Part shown: positions 9,315 to 17,467 of the stretch, in pieces | Numbering within the stretch: the stretch's first letter is position 1 | How the letters are laid out: the number at the start of each line of letters is the position of its first letter | From: a virus | Taxonomy: Duplodnaviria; Heunggongvirae; Uroviricota; Caudoviricetes | Virus record (IMG/VR): IMGVR_UViG_3300000547_000001 | Span: 28,181-92,180 of that record | Strand: one strand, 5' to 3' | DNA: 64,000 bases | The notes under the pieces: model-generated | Told to the model about the DNA's origin: nothing | Database searches by the model: none | The model's input: the letters and a program-made list of their open reading frames with translations, nothing else | Position numbers and translations under genes: made by a program

Positions 9315-10250
9315 TTAGTCGTCAGTGAGACCTTTGAAGAACGACAGATCGTCATCGTCGTCATCACTTGTCGAACCAAAATCCGGAGAAGGAGCTTCAT
9401 CCATTGTTTTCGGTGCGCTTTCCTTGAACTTCGGAGTGAAGTCCATCTCCGGCTCGTCATCCTCGGCGGTATGTGTGGGTGCGTGGGAACCACCGTCAAG
9501 CGCAAGAACTTTGTAAAGCTTCGCTTTGAGTTCATCATACGACTTGAAGTTTTTAGGATCGACGATTTCCTGCAGAGAATGCTGGGAATTCCAAATGGAC
9601 TCCATTTCCTCGTCTGTCATCGCAGAGCCATCAGGCTTAGTGATTGGACCAGGAGCAGAAAACTCTGACTTATCATAGTTACGATAACCTTCAACATTAC
9701 GAGCTTTCAGTTTGAAATCTGCACCTTCCCAGAAGTCAAACGGATTAACAGCTTCTTCATCCTCGAATTGAGGGTTCATCATGTCATTCAGCTTATCGAA
9801 AATTTTCTTACCAAACTTGTACTTGAAAACCTTGCCTTCGTTTTGAGGATTTGCAGGATCCTTGACAACATAGACATTGGCATGGAAACCAAGACGGCGC
9901 TTCTGTTTGCGGGCGATGTCTTTATCTGATTCGACACCAGAATTCCAAAGTTTACTATTGTATTCAGAAACGGGGTCATCTTGACCAATAGTGGTAAGAG
10001 AGTTTTCAATGTACCAACCACCAGGACCTTGGAAACCATGGTCCCACATACGAACAAATGGCATGTCTTCACCCTGAGGCGCAGGAAGAAAACGAAGCAC
10101 AGCATAACCATTGCCGGCTTTGTCGACTTCGAGCTTCCAGTAGTCATCATCGCCAGATGGGCCGGAAGAGTTCATAGATTGTAGTTGGGAATTGAGCTTA
10201 TCAAACTCTTTAGAACGAGCTTGTTTTAGTGCGGAAAAAGAACTTGGCAT
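9315..10250 (-). CDS. 32: gp32 single-stranded DNA-binding protein
   Basis: 311 aa. LRFLP...W...NSKLWNS...NEGKVFKYKFGKKI..FWEGADFKLK and the acidic C-terminal tail DDDDDDLSF align with T4 gp32. Confidence 0.9.
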   Translation of the reverse strand: MPSSFSALKQARSKEFDKLNSQLQSMNSSGPSGDDDYWKLEVDKAGNGYAVLRFLPAPQGEDMPFVRMWDHGFQGPGGWYIENSLTTIGQDDPVSEYNSKLWNSGVESDKDIARKQKRRLGFHANVYVVKDPANPQNEGKVFKYKFGKKIFDKLNDMMNPQFEDEEAVNPFDFWEGADFKLKARNVEGYRNYDKSEFSAPGPITKPDGSAMTDEEMESIWNSQHSLQEIVDPKNFKSYDELKAKLYKVLALDGGSHAPTHTAEDDEPEMDFTPKFKESAPKTMDEAPSPDFGSTSDDDDDDLSFFKGLTDD

Positions 10251-10308
10251 ATGTGTATCTCCTTATATATGCGGTGTATAAAAATTGTTTGCGGTATATA
10301 GCGTTATA

Positions 10309-10908
10309 TTAACTTGTATACTTAAATTTGTCAACCACTATTTTCCTCATCTTATCTTTGTCATACTCTAGAAATGGCTTGTAATTCAGCACGAAACTAT
10401 TTATATGTGGGAACATGATTTTTTCATGAATTTTTTTGTCCCAGTAAATAAAACATTTTGTCAAATCATCGAGTATCACAAGGGTTTCTGGACTAATTTT
10501 TTCTTGCATATACAATGTAAGCAAGCGTGGATGTTGTCCGTTATCAACCACAATGTTTGAGTCGAAATTATCATTCAACTCGTTTAACTCACGCTTAAAA
10601 TTATACGTGAGAGCCTGTATTCGTTTAGCCCATGCGACATAGTTTTGATGCGCTTTCTCTTCAAGCATATCACCAATCCATATCGAGGGATCAACGATCA
10701 TATTAGCAAGAATAAGCTCTTTTGCTTCTGATCTTTTTGAAAGCTTATAGAAAAAGAACTTATCTTTTCGATTCTCAAAGCTTTGGACATTAGCTTTGAT
10801 TTTGCCATTATACTTGAAGAAATCATAATTAGAAGTAAAATGACGTTTCATTGCAAGATAGTATACATAGATGTCATAAGCATCTCGAGTACTATAAAGT
10901 TTTGTCAT
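10309..10908 (-). CDS. 59: gp59 helicase (gp41) loader
   Basis: 199 aa. YDFFKYNGK ... RKDKFFFYKLSKRSEAKEL matches T4 gp59 (YDVIKYNW...RRDKYFFQKLSEKYKLKEL). Follows gene 32 as in T4. Confidence 0.8.
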   Translation of the reverse strand: MTKLYSTRDAYDIYVYYLAMKRHFTSNYDFFKYNGKIKANVQSFENRKDKFFFYKLSKRSEAKELILANMIVDPSIWIGDMLEEKAHQNYVAWAKRIQALTYNFKRELNELNDNFDSNIVVDNGQHPRLLTLYMQEKISPETLVILDDLTKCFIYWDKKIHEKIMFPHINSFVLNYKPFLEYDKDKMRKIVVDKFKYTS

Positions 10909-11201
10909 ACTGGCAACCTTGCGGTTTTCTCCATTAGTCGAAGTCGTTCAGCATCTTCACGAACTTTTGCTTTTAAAATAGGTGAACGCTTTACAATATC
11001 ACCAATGAGTTCAATTTCAATTTCATTTTTTTGAGCATAATGCACAAGAGCATCCATGAGTGTTACATCTTCATTTACCCATGGACTTACTTCTTTTAAT
11101 ATTTGCTCTGCTTTGAGGTCTTCAATTTTATCCATTGAGATTTTTGATTCCTGCTGCCCAATTTTGTGCTGCACTTTCGACCCAATGTACAGATTTTCCA
11201 T
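10905..11201 (-). CDS. hypothetical protein, possibly gp33-like late transcription co-activator (positional only). Alternative start at 11135.
   Basis: Lies immediately after gp59, as gene 33 does in T4. Size 76-98 aa depending on the start. Overlaps the 11128-11340 ORF, so the start is ambiguous. Confidence 0.3.
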   Translation of the reverse strand: MENLYIGSKVQHKIGQQESKISMDKIEDLKAEQILKEVSPWVNEDVTLMDALVHYAQKNEIEIELIGDIVKRSPILKAKVREDAERLRLMEKTARLPV

Positions 11202-11340
11202 GATGAGTTTCTGACTTCATAAAATTACCGTTCATATCATAGTACTCGATCATATAGCCATCAGGTGTATCATGTACCTCTGCACGTGCACCAGATGTAT
11301 CTTCTTTGAAATAAGTTGAAATAAGCATTTGCGTCCTCAC
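11128..11340 (-). CDS. hypothetical protein (70 aa)
   Basis: ORF with an ATGA-coupled neighbour. No motif recognised. Confidence 0.3.
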   Translation of the reverse strand: MRTQMLISTYFKEDTSGARAEVHDTPDGYMIEYYDMNGNFMKSETHHGKSVHWVESAAQNWAAGIKNLNG

Positions 11341-11957
11341 TTTACCATAAATCCAATTCTTGCGGGTTTGATGAAACCATCAGCATCATCAAAACTCTCT
11401 ATATAACTATAACCCATACTTTCGTAAATGTCAATCAAATTGACTGGATCATCCTCGAATATAGGAACGAGCTCATCATATTCCGGATCAGGAGTATCTC
11501 TTAGATGTACTTCGATCACTTTATCACCTATGAATTCTATATTGATTAAAGGTAAGTCTGATAACTCATTAAGTTTACGTGGAACTGCAGGAGCATAATT
11601 AGTTCTTTTCCACCACATGAATCGAAGCTCTAGTTTACTCGCTAACCAACAACTCTTAAGTTGCCATCCAACCAAATGTTTCCAAGTAAATGTAGCCGAG
11701 TAATGATCGCCTTCAAACCATTCGCACCAAAAATATCCAGGTGGGACTTGTGTTACATCTCCGGCTTTGATAAACTTTTTATGAGCACCTGCACTCATCC
11801 CAGAGAGGTTGTAAATCGGTCTGATGATATAATAACCATCACGATCTGGAGCTACACCACAGGGGCCACAGTAGTGTCCTAGAAGGTTAGACACATAAAG
11901 CTTATTGAACCATTTACGATATTCAGGATATTCTTTCCAAGCTTCATGATCTTCCAT
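11337..11957 (-). CDS. hypothetical protein (206 aa), immediately downstream of the tmRNA-like locus
   Basis: Codon-consistent ORF with RBS-like AACGGAG upstream. No confident family assignment. Confidence 0.45.
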   Translation of the reverse strand: MEDHEAWKEYPEYRKWFNKLYVSNLLGHYCGPCGVAPDRDGYYIIRPIYNLSGMSAGAHKKFIKAGDVTQVPPGYFWCEWFEGDHYSATFTWKHLVGWQLKSCWLASKLELRFMWWKRTNYAPAVPRKLNELSDLPLINIEFIGDKVIEVHLRDTPDPEYDELVPIFEDDPVNLIDIYESMGYSYIESFDDADGFIKPARIGFMVK

Positions 11958-11961
11958 AATA

Positions 11962-12345
11962 TACTCCGTTGTTAAGTGAGCCCGTTCTGTTGCCCGGTGG
12001 AGCTCATACCGCGTAGACTCAAGCTGCGAGTGCTACAGGTTCTGCGTTAATGTTTGCAGTTATTAAGATGCGACTATTACGCGTTCGCCTCCGATAGTCT
12101 CCACGTTCCCTTCCGCATACGTCGATCCCAATTCACCCCCATCAAAGATACACTTTAAGCTTCAGAGTGTCGGACTCGAACCGACATACCCTTCTCTGAT
12201 ATTCAGAAACACAGAACGTTACAATGTTCCCTTAGTTGGCCAACTAGCTTATAAAGGTTGCGGCGCCTTTAAGTGTATCCGTGGTGGAGGTGCGGGGTTT
12301 CGAACCCCGGTCCGTCCTACGTCCAGTCAGTTTCACCGACTACAA
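11962..12345 (-). ncRNA. ssrA: candidate circularly permuted (two-piece) tmRNA / ssrA-like gene. Order on the minus strand: acceptor piece (T-arm, 3' acceptor strand, CCA; 12345-12282), then a 141-nt intervening segment containing a tRNA-like minihelix, then the coding piece starting GGGGGTGAATTGGGATCGACG at 12140, with tag ORF ANINAEPVALAA-TGA.
   Basis: Minus strand ...GTAGGACGGACCGGGGTTCGAAACCCCGCACCTCCACCA resembles the E. coli tmRNA 3' end (GGACGCGGGTTCAACTCCCGCCAGCTCCACCA). Minus strand GGGGGTGAATTGGGATCGACGTATGCGG resembles the E. coli tmRNA 5' end (GGGGCTGATTCTGGATTCGACGGGATTTGCG). GGGGGTG pairs with CACCTCC (one G-U). AATAGTCGCA (E. coli-like pre-resume motif) is followed by GCA AAC ATT AAC GCA GAA CCT GTA GCA CTC GCA GCT TGA. 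The resume codon sits at nt 84-86 from G1 (E. coli: 90). Confidence 0.45.
12159..12199 (-). other. tRNA-like minihelix (acceptor stem joined directly to a T-arm) inside the tmRNA intervening segment
   Basis: Minus strand TCAGAGA-AGGGTAT-GTCGG-TTCGAGT-CCGAC-ACTCTGA-A: a 6-bp acceptor-like stem plus a canonical TPsiC arm (TTCGAGT loop), but no D or anticodon arm. Confidence 0.4.
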
Positions 12346-12567
12346 TATATTTATACCATAAAAACTCTTTAATGTCAACAAGATAAACACGCAACCAAGT
12401 ATACCCATAAAAATATGTTTTGCATTTTCAATATCTATACCAAACGATGTAAGAACAGCAACAGAAAAAACAGTTAGAATATAACTTGTAAGAATTGATA
12501 ATGGGATATTAACCGTGATCATAGCGACGTAGTTTCTCTTCGCGCCCTTCTCTTTGACCATAGCCAA
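12340..12567 (-). CDS. small membrane protein (75 aa, 2 TM)
   Basis: Hydrophobic segments ITVNIPLSILTSYILTVFSVAVL and ILGCVFILLTL. Confidence 0.4.
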   Translation of the reverse strand: MAMVKEKGAKRNYVAMITVNIPLSILTSYILTVFSVAVLTSFGIDIENAKHIFMGILGCVFILLTLKSFYGINIL

Positions 12568-12703
12568 GTCTCCTCATTACATCCATTCTTTCAAGGTCCG
12601 TATATCGAGACCACATTCGAATTTCTTCTACAGTACGATTACAACCCTTACAAATTTGGGTTTCATTGTCGATCTTACATATACCAACACAAGGAGTAAT
12701 CAT
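12509..12703 (-). CDS. DUF1289-like Cys-rich small protein
   Basis: CVGICKIDNETQICKGCNRTVEEIRMW, the C-x-G-x-C ... C-x-G-C-x-R-T-x-x-E-I pattern of DUF1289. Confidence 0.5.
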   Translation of the reverse strand: MITPCVGICKIDNETQICKGCNRTVEEIRMWSRYTDLERMDVMRRLGYGQREGREEKLRRYDHG

Positions 12704-12990
12704 TTAGACATTACCTGATAGATGTGAACCATCCTATTACCGCACATTGTAGAACCAACGTGTGTACTATTATCAGGAATATATTCATTATCATAGCAAA
12801 GTTCTAGAACTACTTTGCGACGATGGATTGGGTTTTCAAGAGTTTCATACCAAACCGTAGGTAAACCATAACACGAAAAAACACGAATTACTTTGAAAAC
12901 ATCAACAGCAGTATCAAATTCTAGAGTTCTTTGAAGTGCATATGCACCATCTTCTTTGAAGCTTCTTCGATGAATTACCCGATCGCACAT
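12700..12990 (-). CDS. hypothetical protein (96 aa)
   Basis: ORF in the early operon with 4-nt overlaps to neighbours. Confidence 0.4.
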   Translation of the reverse strand: MCDRVIHRRSFKEDGAYALQRTLEFDTAVDVFKVIRVFSCYGLPTVWYETLENPIHRRKVVLELCYDNEYIPDNSTHVGSTMCGNRMVHIYQVMSK

Positions 12991-13001
12991 ATAGTTTCTC
13001 C

Positions 13002-13496
13002 TTATTGATAGAAAATATGAGTGTCGACTTGCACAACCTGATCATATGCACTGGACCAATATGGTTCAACGTAGTCTGCATGATACATAGTTGCATCTTC
13101 AACAGGACTATTTATTCCACGAGCCCAGTCAAGCAGGACAACATCAGTAACAATACCAGCATCTTCCCATGCACGCTGTTCAAGCACATTATCAGAAGGT
13201 GTATCCGACTTACCGTCATGTGTCCAGCTAAACTGCTTATGCTGCCAGACCACTTCGCAAATCGTATTAGGATAACGAGCACTTTCAACACGATTCAGTG
13301 TAACCCATGCAACTGCTGCTTGTCCAAGTGTAGACTGGTTACGAGCTTCGAAGAAAATGTTTTGCTGAAGACAATAACGATCTTCTTCGGAGATACCTTT
13401 CACAAACTGCTCAGCTTGAGCATCTTGAATTTGATATGCGCCAACACCGACGATACTTGCAAGAGTGAGTGCGTTCAGGAAACCTGCGATTTTCAT
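13002..13496 (-). CDS. secreted SleB-like cell wall hydrolase (Hydrolase_2 family)
   Basis: Signal-peptide-like N-terminus MKIAGFLNALTLASIVGVGA. CLQQNIFFEARNQS...VAWVTLNRVES..YPNTICEVVWQHKQFSW matches the SleB/Hydrolase_2 signature. Confidence 0.65.
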   Translation of the reverse strand: MKIAGFLNALTLASIVGVGAYQIQDAQAEQFVKGISEEDRYCLQQNIFFEARNQSTLGQAAVAWVTLNRVESARYPNTICEVVWQHKQFSWTHDGKSDTPSDNVLEQRAWEDAGIVTDVVLLDWARGINSPVEDATMYHADYVEPYWSSAYDQVVQVDTHIFYQ

Positions 13497-13508
13497 GTCT
13501 ATTTCTCC

Positions 13509-13916
13509 TTACACACCAAAGAATTCTTTGATGTCTTTCCATGTGCCGCTTACGAGAGGTCCATCAAAGTTGTTGTCGATGCCCCAAACTTCGGCTTTAC
13601 CGTTATGACCACTGCGAGGAACAACGGTGTAGATCACATCGCCAGTTTCCATGTCACAAATGCGAAAGTCATCATAAAGAGAACCGCGCGATGGGCAGTT
13701 GTTTTTAAAGAACACATACATAGTTTCACCATCAACCTTTTTCGAAGGAAGAAGCTGAATAACCTTTTTGCCGAGTGTTCGAGTTTTGTTACGAAGAGAC
13801 TCAGTCTTACAGAACCAGTCATACCAGCCGGCTTTACACTGAGTTTCAAACGAAGCGTCTTCAAACTGGCCATCGAGAAATTTACCGACAAAAGTGTTGA
13901 TGTTCATGTTGTTCAT
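13509..13916 (-). CDS. hypothetical protein (135 aa)
   Basis: ORF immediately downstream of the early promoter at about 13937-13973, with a GGAG RBS. Confidence 0.5.
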   Translation of the reverse strand: MNNMNINTFVGKFLDGQFEDASFETQCKAGWYDWFCKTESLRNKTRTLGKKVIQLLPSKKVDGETMYVFFKNNCPSRGSLYDDFRICDMETGDVIYTVVPRSGHNGKAEVWGIDNNFDGPLVSGTWKDIKEFFGV

Positions 13917-13936
13917 AGTGTTTTCTCCATTGCTTA

Positions 13937-13973
13937 TATTATTAATATAAGCCTTTTAAGAAGGAATGTCAAC
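13937..13973 (-). promoter_or_regulatory. T4-type early (sigma70-like) promoter
   Basis: Minus strand TTGACATTCCTTCTTAAAAGGCT-TATATT, then GGAG and ATG. Confidence 0.55.
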
Positions 13974-13976
13974 AGT

Positions 13977-14345
13977 TTATTCATCATTTTTTGCATTTAT
14001 TTCAAGATAGCCAATATTAATTAGCCATGCAAGAACTAAAGAACTAATAGCGATAGCAACCCAAGGTGCACACCAAAAAGCCACATAAGCAAAGGGAGTC
14101 AACTTATACAACGCAACCAATGCAACAAGATTTCCACCGGTGCTCAACGTAGCATCTTTCAAAACATCTCTTTCGGCCACAAGCTGCGACTCATCAAGTG
14201 TCACCATAATACGCCCGACCTGGTAGTAATAGAAAAGAGAGTACATAACCATCATTGATGCAAGAGCAATCTGAGCCCACCAATAAGGTGTAAGCATAAC
14301 AAATGCAATAAGAGTATATGTGGCCCAACGAAAAGGATTAAGCAT
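13977..14345 (-). CDS. integral membrane protein (122 aa)
   Basis: Three or four hydrophobic helices (TYTLIAFVMLTPYWWAQIALASMMVMYSLFYYY ...). Confidence 0.5.
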   Translation of the reverse strand: MLNPFRWATYTLIAFVMLTPYWWAQIALASMMVMYSLFYYYQVGRIMVTLDESQLVAERDVLKDATLSTGGNLVALVALYKLTPFAYVAFWCAPWVAIAISSLVLAWLINIGYLEINAKNDE

Positions 14346-14361
14346 TTAGTATCTCCAGAAA

Positions 14362-14390
14362 GTGGAGGAGGGCCGAAGCCCTCCATTATT
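14362..14390 (-). terminator. rho-independent terminator
   Basis: Minus strand GGAGGGC-TTCG-GCCCTCC (perfect 7-bp stem with tetraloop), followed by a T-containing tract, downstream of the DUF932-like gene. Confidence 0.55.
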
Positions 14391-15339
14391 AAGCAGCGTC
14401 TGCCATTTCAAGGGCAAGCTCAAGAGCATCAGTCTTCAGCTTGCGGTTGGCGCCATACCATGCCGACTGAAGGCGAGTATCAGCAGTACGACCAAGTTCG
14501 TGGTCAGTCATGTAGGTGATTGCATTGAAGGCAGTCCAGAAGGTACCTTCCGCAAACTCTGCACCGGGCTGTTCCTGAAGAACTTCCATTGCACGCTGAC
14601 CTTTACGGCTCAGCTCACCTTCGTTCTTGTTCGACATGCCAAGCAGATGACCGAAGTACTGCTTTACAGTTTCTTCGGTAGTACGCTTCGAGCCAAGGAA
14701 CTCAGCCATCTCTTTGTACTGACCCATCTTAAAGTGCGCGATACCCATCATTTCCTTGACAGCATCAGCATCGAACTGCGAACGGTGGTTAACACGAACA
14801 GCTGCTTGACCTTGTTGCTGAAGAGAAAGAGTCAAAGTGTTGTTGCAGACCACGCGGATCGGAGTGAAACGGATGTCGATGGTTTTACCATACTGATGAG
14901 GGTTCGAGAAAAGCATGTAGCTTTCAACCTTATCACCATTGAACAACTCGAAGTCATCATTGACTTTTGCAAGAGCCCAGATGATTTCGCCATTCTTCAG
15001 CGAACCAGCAGTATGCATTTCCATTTGTCCACGCTCGACAAACTCAGCGAAGAAATCGAAAGCTTCTTCATTTTGTACAGGGTGCCAGTTCTTACCGACC
15101 TGGGTCAGGACTCGACCATCGGTCTCGCGAACAAGAGCCTTTTGGCCAGTGGGGATTTGTTTACCGTTGAAGTTCACAAAGGACTCAACTTCCTGAACAC
15201 GCCAGTCGACACCAGCTGCTTTCATCATTTCCTCGGGCGAGATGTCAGGATCAACCTGAACTCCAAGCCCATGCCAAGGAAGTTCACCAACATATGCATG
15301 CTGTGCTTGACCGTTGATCATTTCAAGTTCGTGTGCCAT
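14389..15339 (-). CDS. DUF932-like phage/plasmid protein (316 aa)
   Basis: N-terminal MAHELEMINGQAQHAYVGELPWHGLG resembles the DUF932 family signature (recalled from memory, not searched). Has its own early promoter. Confidence 0.5.
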   Translation of the reverse strand: MAHELEMINGQAQHAYVGELPWHGLGVQVDPDISPEEMMKAAGVDWRVQEVESFVNFNGKQIPTGQKALVRETDGRVLTQVGKNWHPVQNEEAFDFFAEFVERGQMEMHTAGSLKNGEIIWALAKVNDDFELFNGDKVESYMLFSNPHQYGKTIDIRFTPIRVVCNNTLTLSLQQQGQAAVRVNHRSQFDADAVKEMMGIAHFKMGQYKEMAEFLGSKRTTEETVKQYFGHLLGMSNKNEGELSRKGQRAMEVLQEQPGAEFAEGTFWTAFNAITYMTDHELGRTADTRLQSAWYGANRKLKTDALELALEMADAA

Positions 15340-15368
15340 GATATATACTCCATAGTTTGTGCTGTTGA

Positions 15369-15405
15369 TAGATATAATCTACACTATTTAAGAAGGAATG
15401 TCAAC
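15369..15405 (-). promoter_or_regulatory. early promoter
   Basis: Minus strand TTGACATTCCTTCTTAAATAGTG-TAGATT. Confidence 0.55.
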
Positions 15406-15411
15406 TCTTTT

Positions 15412-15780
15412 TTAAAAAGAATTCAACATTTCAACTTCATCATTGAAGAGAAGAAGAGAAGCAAAGCCAAAGTTGTCGACCATATAGAACCGATCACCTT
15501 TTTGGAAGATGTCACCAACAGAAGTTGAGCTTTGCATATCACCAATACGAGTAACACGCTCTGGATTGCTCCAAAGATTGGTTAGCAAAAACGCTTCTTC
15601 GAGGTCATCAGTATCAACCTGCATAGTCTCGGTATAGTACTGAAGATCGGAAGTACGGAAGTTTGAAGCTCCAAACATGACATTCAACTTAGCACGTTGA
15701 GCAGGAACAGCTTCGTGACCGCGCTCGTTGATGATGTCAATTTGCTCGTCGGTGAGTTGGATTTGGTAGATGGTGATCAT
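15412..15780 (-). CDS. hypothetical protein (122 aa)
   Basis: ORF following the promoter at about 15806-15842. Confidence 0.5.
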   Translation of the reverse strand: MITIYQIQLTDEQIDIINERGHEAVPAQRAKLNVMFGASNFRTSDLQYYTETMQVDTDDLEEAFLLTNLWSNPERVTRIGDMQSSTSVGDIFQKGDRFYMVDNFGFASLLLFNDEVEMLNSF

Positions 15781-15805
15781 GTTGGAAACTCCTTTTTCCT
15801 TCTTA

Positions 15806-15842
15806 CAATACTAATCTACATTATTCTTAAAACAATGTCAAC
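15806..15842 (-). promoter_or_regulatory. early promoter
   Basis: Minus strand TTGACATTGTTTTAAGAATAATG-TAGATT. Confidence 0.5.
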
Positions 15843-16242
15843 ATATTTTTTCAAAATTAGGAAAAATAATTTGAGCTTCTACAACTTCAGTTTCTCCATT
15901 ACGAACCCGAGCTTTCCAAATATCAGGAAACTCTTCACCAACACCATTTACTTCGAACGTAAGATGCGGATATTTTTTACTCAAAGCCTCGAGGTCTTTT
16001 TGCCAATTATACCACTTCCACTGCCCCAACCGAAACGAAACACTATGACTTTCGACATACATGCTTGTAGAACTTTTGATGTCATTGAGAAGACCATCAT
16101 CTTTGTGGAATTCTTTAAACTCAAAAAACTCTGCTTCGTCTCGATTCTTAAACCCACTAATCTGTACTTCGTAATCAGTGTAATAGCCCATTTTATTCTC
16201 CTTAGTCACACATTCCCATAAAGGCTGCAGGTGCAGCTCCAT
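15838..16242 (-). CDS. hypothetical protein (probable start at the internal MGYYTDYEV, 16188)
   Basis: 134-aa ORF. No motif recognised. Confidence 0.45.
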   Translation of the reverse strand: MELHLQPLWECVTKENKMGYYTDYEVQISGFKNRDEAEFFEFKEFHKDDGLLNDIKSSTSMYVESHSVSFRLGQWKWYNWQKDLEALSKKYPHLTFEVNGVGEEFPDIWKARVRNGETEVVEAQIIFPNFEKIC

Positions 16243-16349
16243 TGCCTAGCAGTAAAGTTTTAGCACCACACTTTTGAAAGGTAAATGCAAGCATACCTAC
16301 AGAAACTATAAACCAAATTACTGCAACGACGTAAACCCATCCAGGTACC
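16203..16349 (-). CDS. small hydrophobic peptide (48 aa, TM)
   Basis: Hand-found ORF MVPGWVYVVAVIWFIVSVGMLAFTFQKCGAK... with AGGAG seven nt upstream. Below the 60-aa cutoff of the track. Confidence 0.35.
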
Positions 16350-16357
16350 ATTTTATT

Positions 16358-16454
16358 CTCCTATGAAACCGCGATAAAAAAGAGAAGAAACATGAGAGCC
16401 CAATAACCCACATAGAGGATAATAGCAATCTTTATAAGCTCCCAAATAAATCCC
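16358..16454 (-). CDS. small hydrophobic peptide (31 aa, TM)
   Basis: MGFIWELIKIAIILYVGYWALMFLLFFIAVS with an AGGAG RBS. Confidence 0.3.
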
Positions 16455-16457
16455 ATT

Positions 16458-16667
16458 TTACCACTCCTTGTGCCAACCCATTTTTTCGTTGTCGTCATAA
16501 CCAGCCCAGTATGCGGCAAGTTCTTCCTGAGTCATATTTTCCATTTCGACTCGTTCACTCATGCCGGTACCACCGACATAGTAGTGAGGGCGAGGTGTAC
16601 GACCATAGTAACTATCAGCAGAACCACGATCATACGGACCACCGTGCCGTTCATCATACTTTGTCAT
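16458..16667 (-). CDS. hypothetical protein (69 aa)
   Basis: ORF with translational coupling to neighbours. Confidence 0.45.
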   Translation of the reverse strand: MTKYDERHGGPYDRGSADSYYGRTPRPHYYVGGTGMSERVEMENMTQEELAAYWAGYDDNEKMGWHKEW

Positions 16668-16948
16668 TCTTTATCTCCTTTCCAATCTGCTTCAGGATCA
16701 TATTCAAAACCTTCGAATCGCTCTTCAAGGCTCCGAATAAGTTGTTGCTTATGCTCATTCATAAACCGCCGAAAGAGCTCACGATCAAATTGCATGTCAG
16801 TGGCATCTGAACTATGTTTAGGGTTTCTCACTTTCATATATGCGGGACCAGGCTTGTCTTCTTTATACCATTCAAGCGCTTCGTCAATGTCCTGGATAGC
16901 TTCAAGTGTAGTTTGAATAGAATTCAGTCGCGCGAGATTCATTTTCAT
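16664..16948 (-). CDS. hypothetical protein (about 95 aa; start trimmed to MKMNLARL)
   Basis: The track ORF 16664-17011 extends upstream, but a 49-aa ORF (17098-16949, AGGAG RBS) ends in TAAAATG, overlapping this ATG. The shorter start is therefore preferred. Confidence 0.4.
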   Translation of the reverse strand: MKMNLARLNSIQTTLEAIQDIDEALEWYKEDKPGPAYMKVRNPKHSSDATDMQFDRELFRRFMNEHKQQLIRSLEERFEGFEYDPEADWKGDKE

Positions 16949-17098
16949 TTTAATATCCTTTCGAAACTGCGACGATTTCACCACCGCGGTAGATTGCAAC
17001 TTCAAATCCAACTTCGCGTGCTTTTGCTTTTGCAGTCACAAGATCATCAGTTACAAAGTCGAGGAAGTATCCGAAGTTGATCATAAAGAGTTCGTACA
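16949..17098 (-). CDS. small protein (49 aa)
   Basis: MYELFMINFGYFLDFVTDDLVTAKAKAREVGFEVAIYRGGEIVAVSKGY with an AGGAG RBS. Confidence 0.3.
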
Positions 17099-17119
17099 TT
17101 GTGTTTCTCCTGTTTTCAC

Positions 17120-17380
17120 TTAGTAAGGAAATCGAATACTGTTTACCAAATTTGCAATCTTTTGTTTGACTTTTTCAAATTCTTCCTTTGCAAATTTCAT
17201 ATCGCTTTCGGCTTCCCAGATTTGATTCTTGAGATCATCATCAAGCGGGTCGTCATTCATTGCGCGAATCAATGCTTTGTCCTGAAGAACTTTCAGCTTC
17301 TTTTGTGCTTCAGAGAAAAAGCGAATATTATCTTCGAGGTCCAACATAAGAGACTCGATATGATCAAAAGCTCCGTGCAT
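17120..17380 (-). CDS. hypothetical coiled-coil protein (86 aa)
   Basis: ORF downstream of the promoter at about 17404-17440. Confidence 0.45.
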   Translation of the reverse strand: MHGAFDHIESLMLDLEDNIRFFSEAQKKLKVLQDKALIRAMNDDPLDDDLKNQIWEAESDMKFAKEEFEKVKQKIANLVNSIRFPY

Positions 17381-17403
17381 GGTGTTTTCCTTTTCATTTT
17401 GTA

Positions 17404-17440
17404 TATTACTAATCTACAATACTCTTAAAAGGATGTCAAC
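17404..17440 (-). promoter_or_regulatory. early promoter
   Basis: Minus strand TTGACATCCTTTTAAGAGTATTG-TAGATT. Confidence 0.5.
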
Positions 17441-17467
17441 TACTTTTTTTACTTTTTTGAAAAAAGT

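Noticed and set aside
11780-12345. A conventional one-piece tmRNA
   Set aside because: The T-arm/acceptor/CCA 3' module lies 5' of the GGGGGTG 5' module on the same strand. There is no second 3' module downstream near 11790-11830. Only a permuted two-piece arrangement fits.
14362-15528. 388-aa plus-strand ORF, plus other long plus-strand ORFs (13005-14024, 16470-16916, 17751-18284, 21638-22138, 24181-24666, 31943-32470, 33146-33580)
   Set aside because: All are antisense to strongly supported minus-strand genes (DUF932-like, SleB-like and others). They have odd amino-acid composition (Cys/Phe/Leu-rich), no RBS and no promoter. They are classic shadow ORFs in an AT-biased genome.
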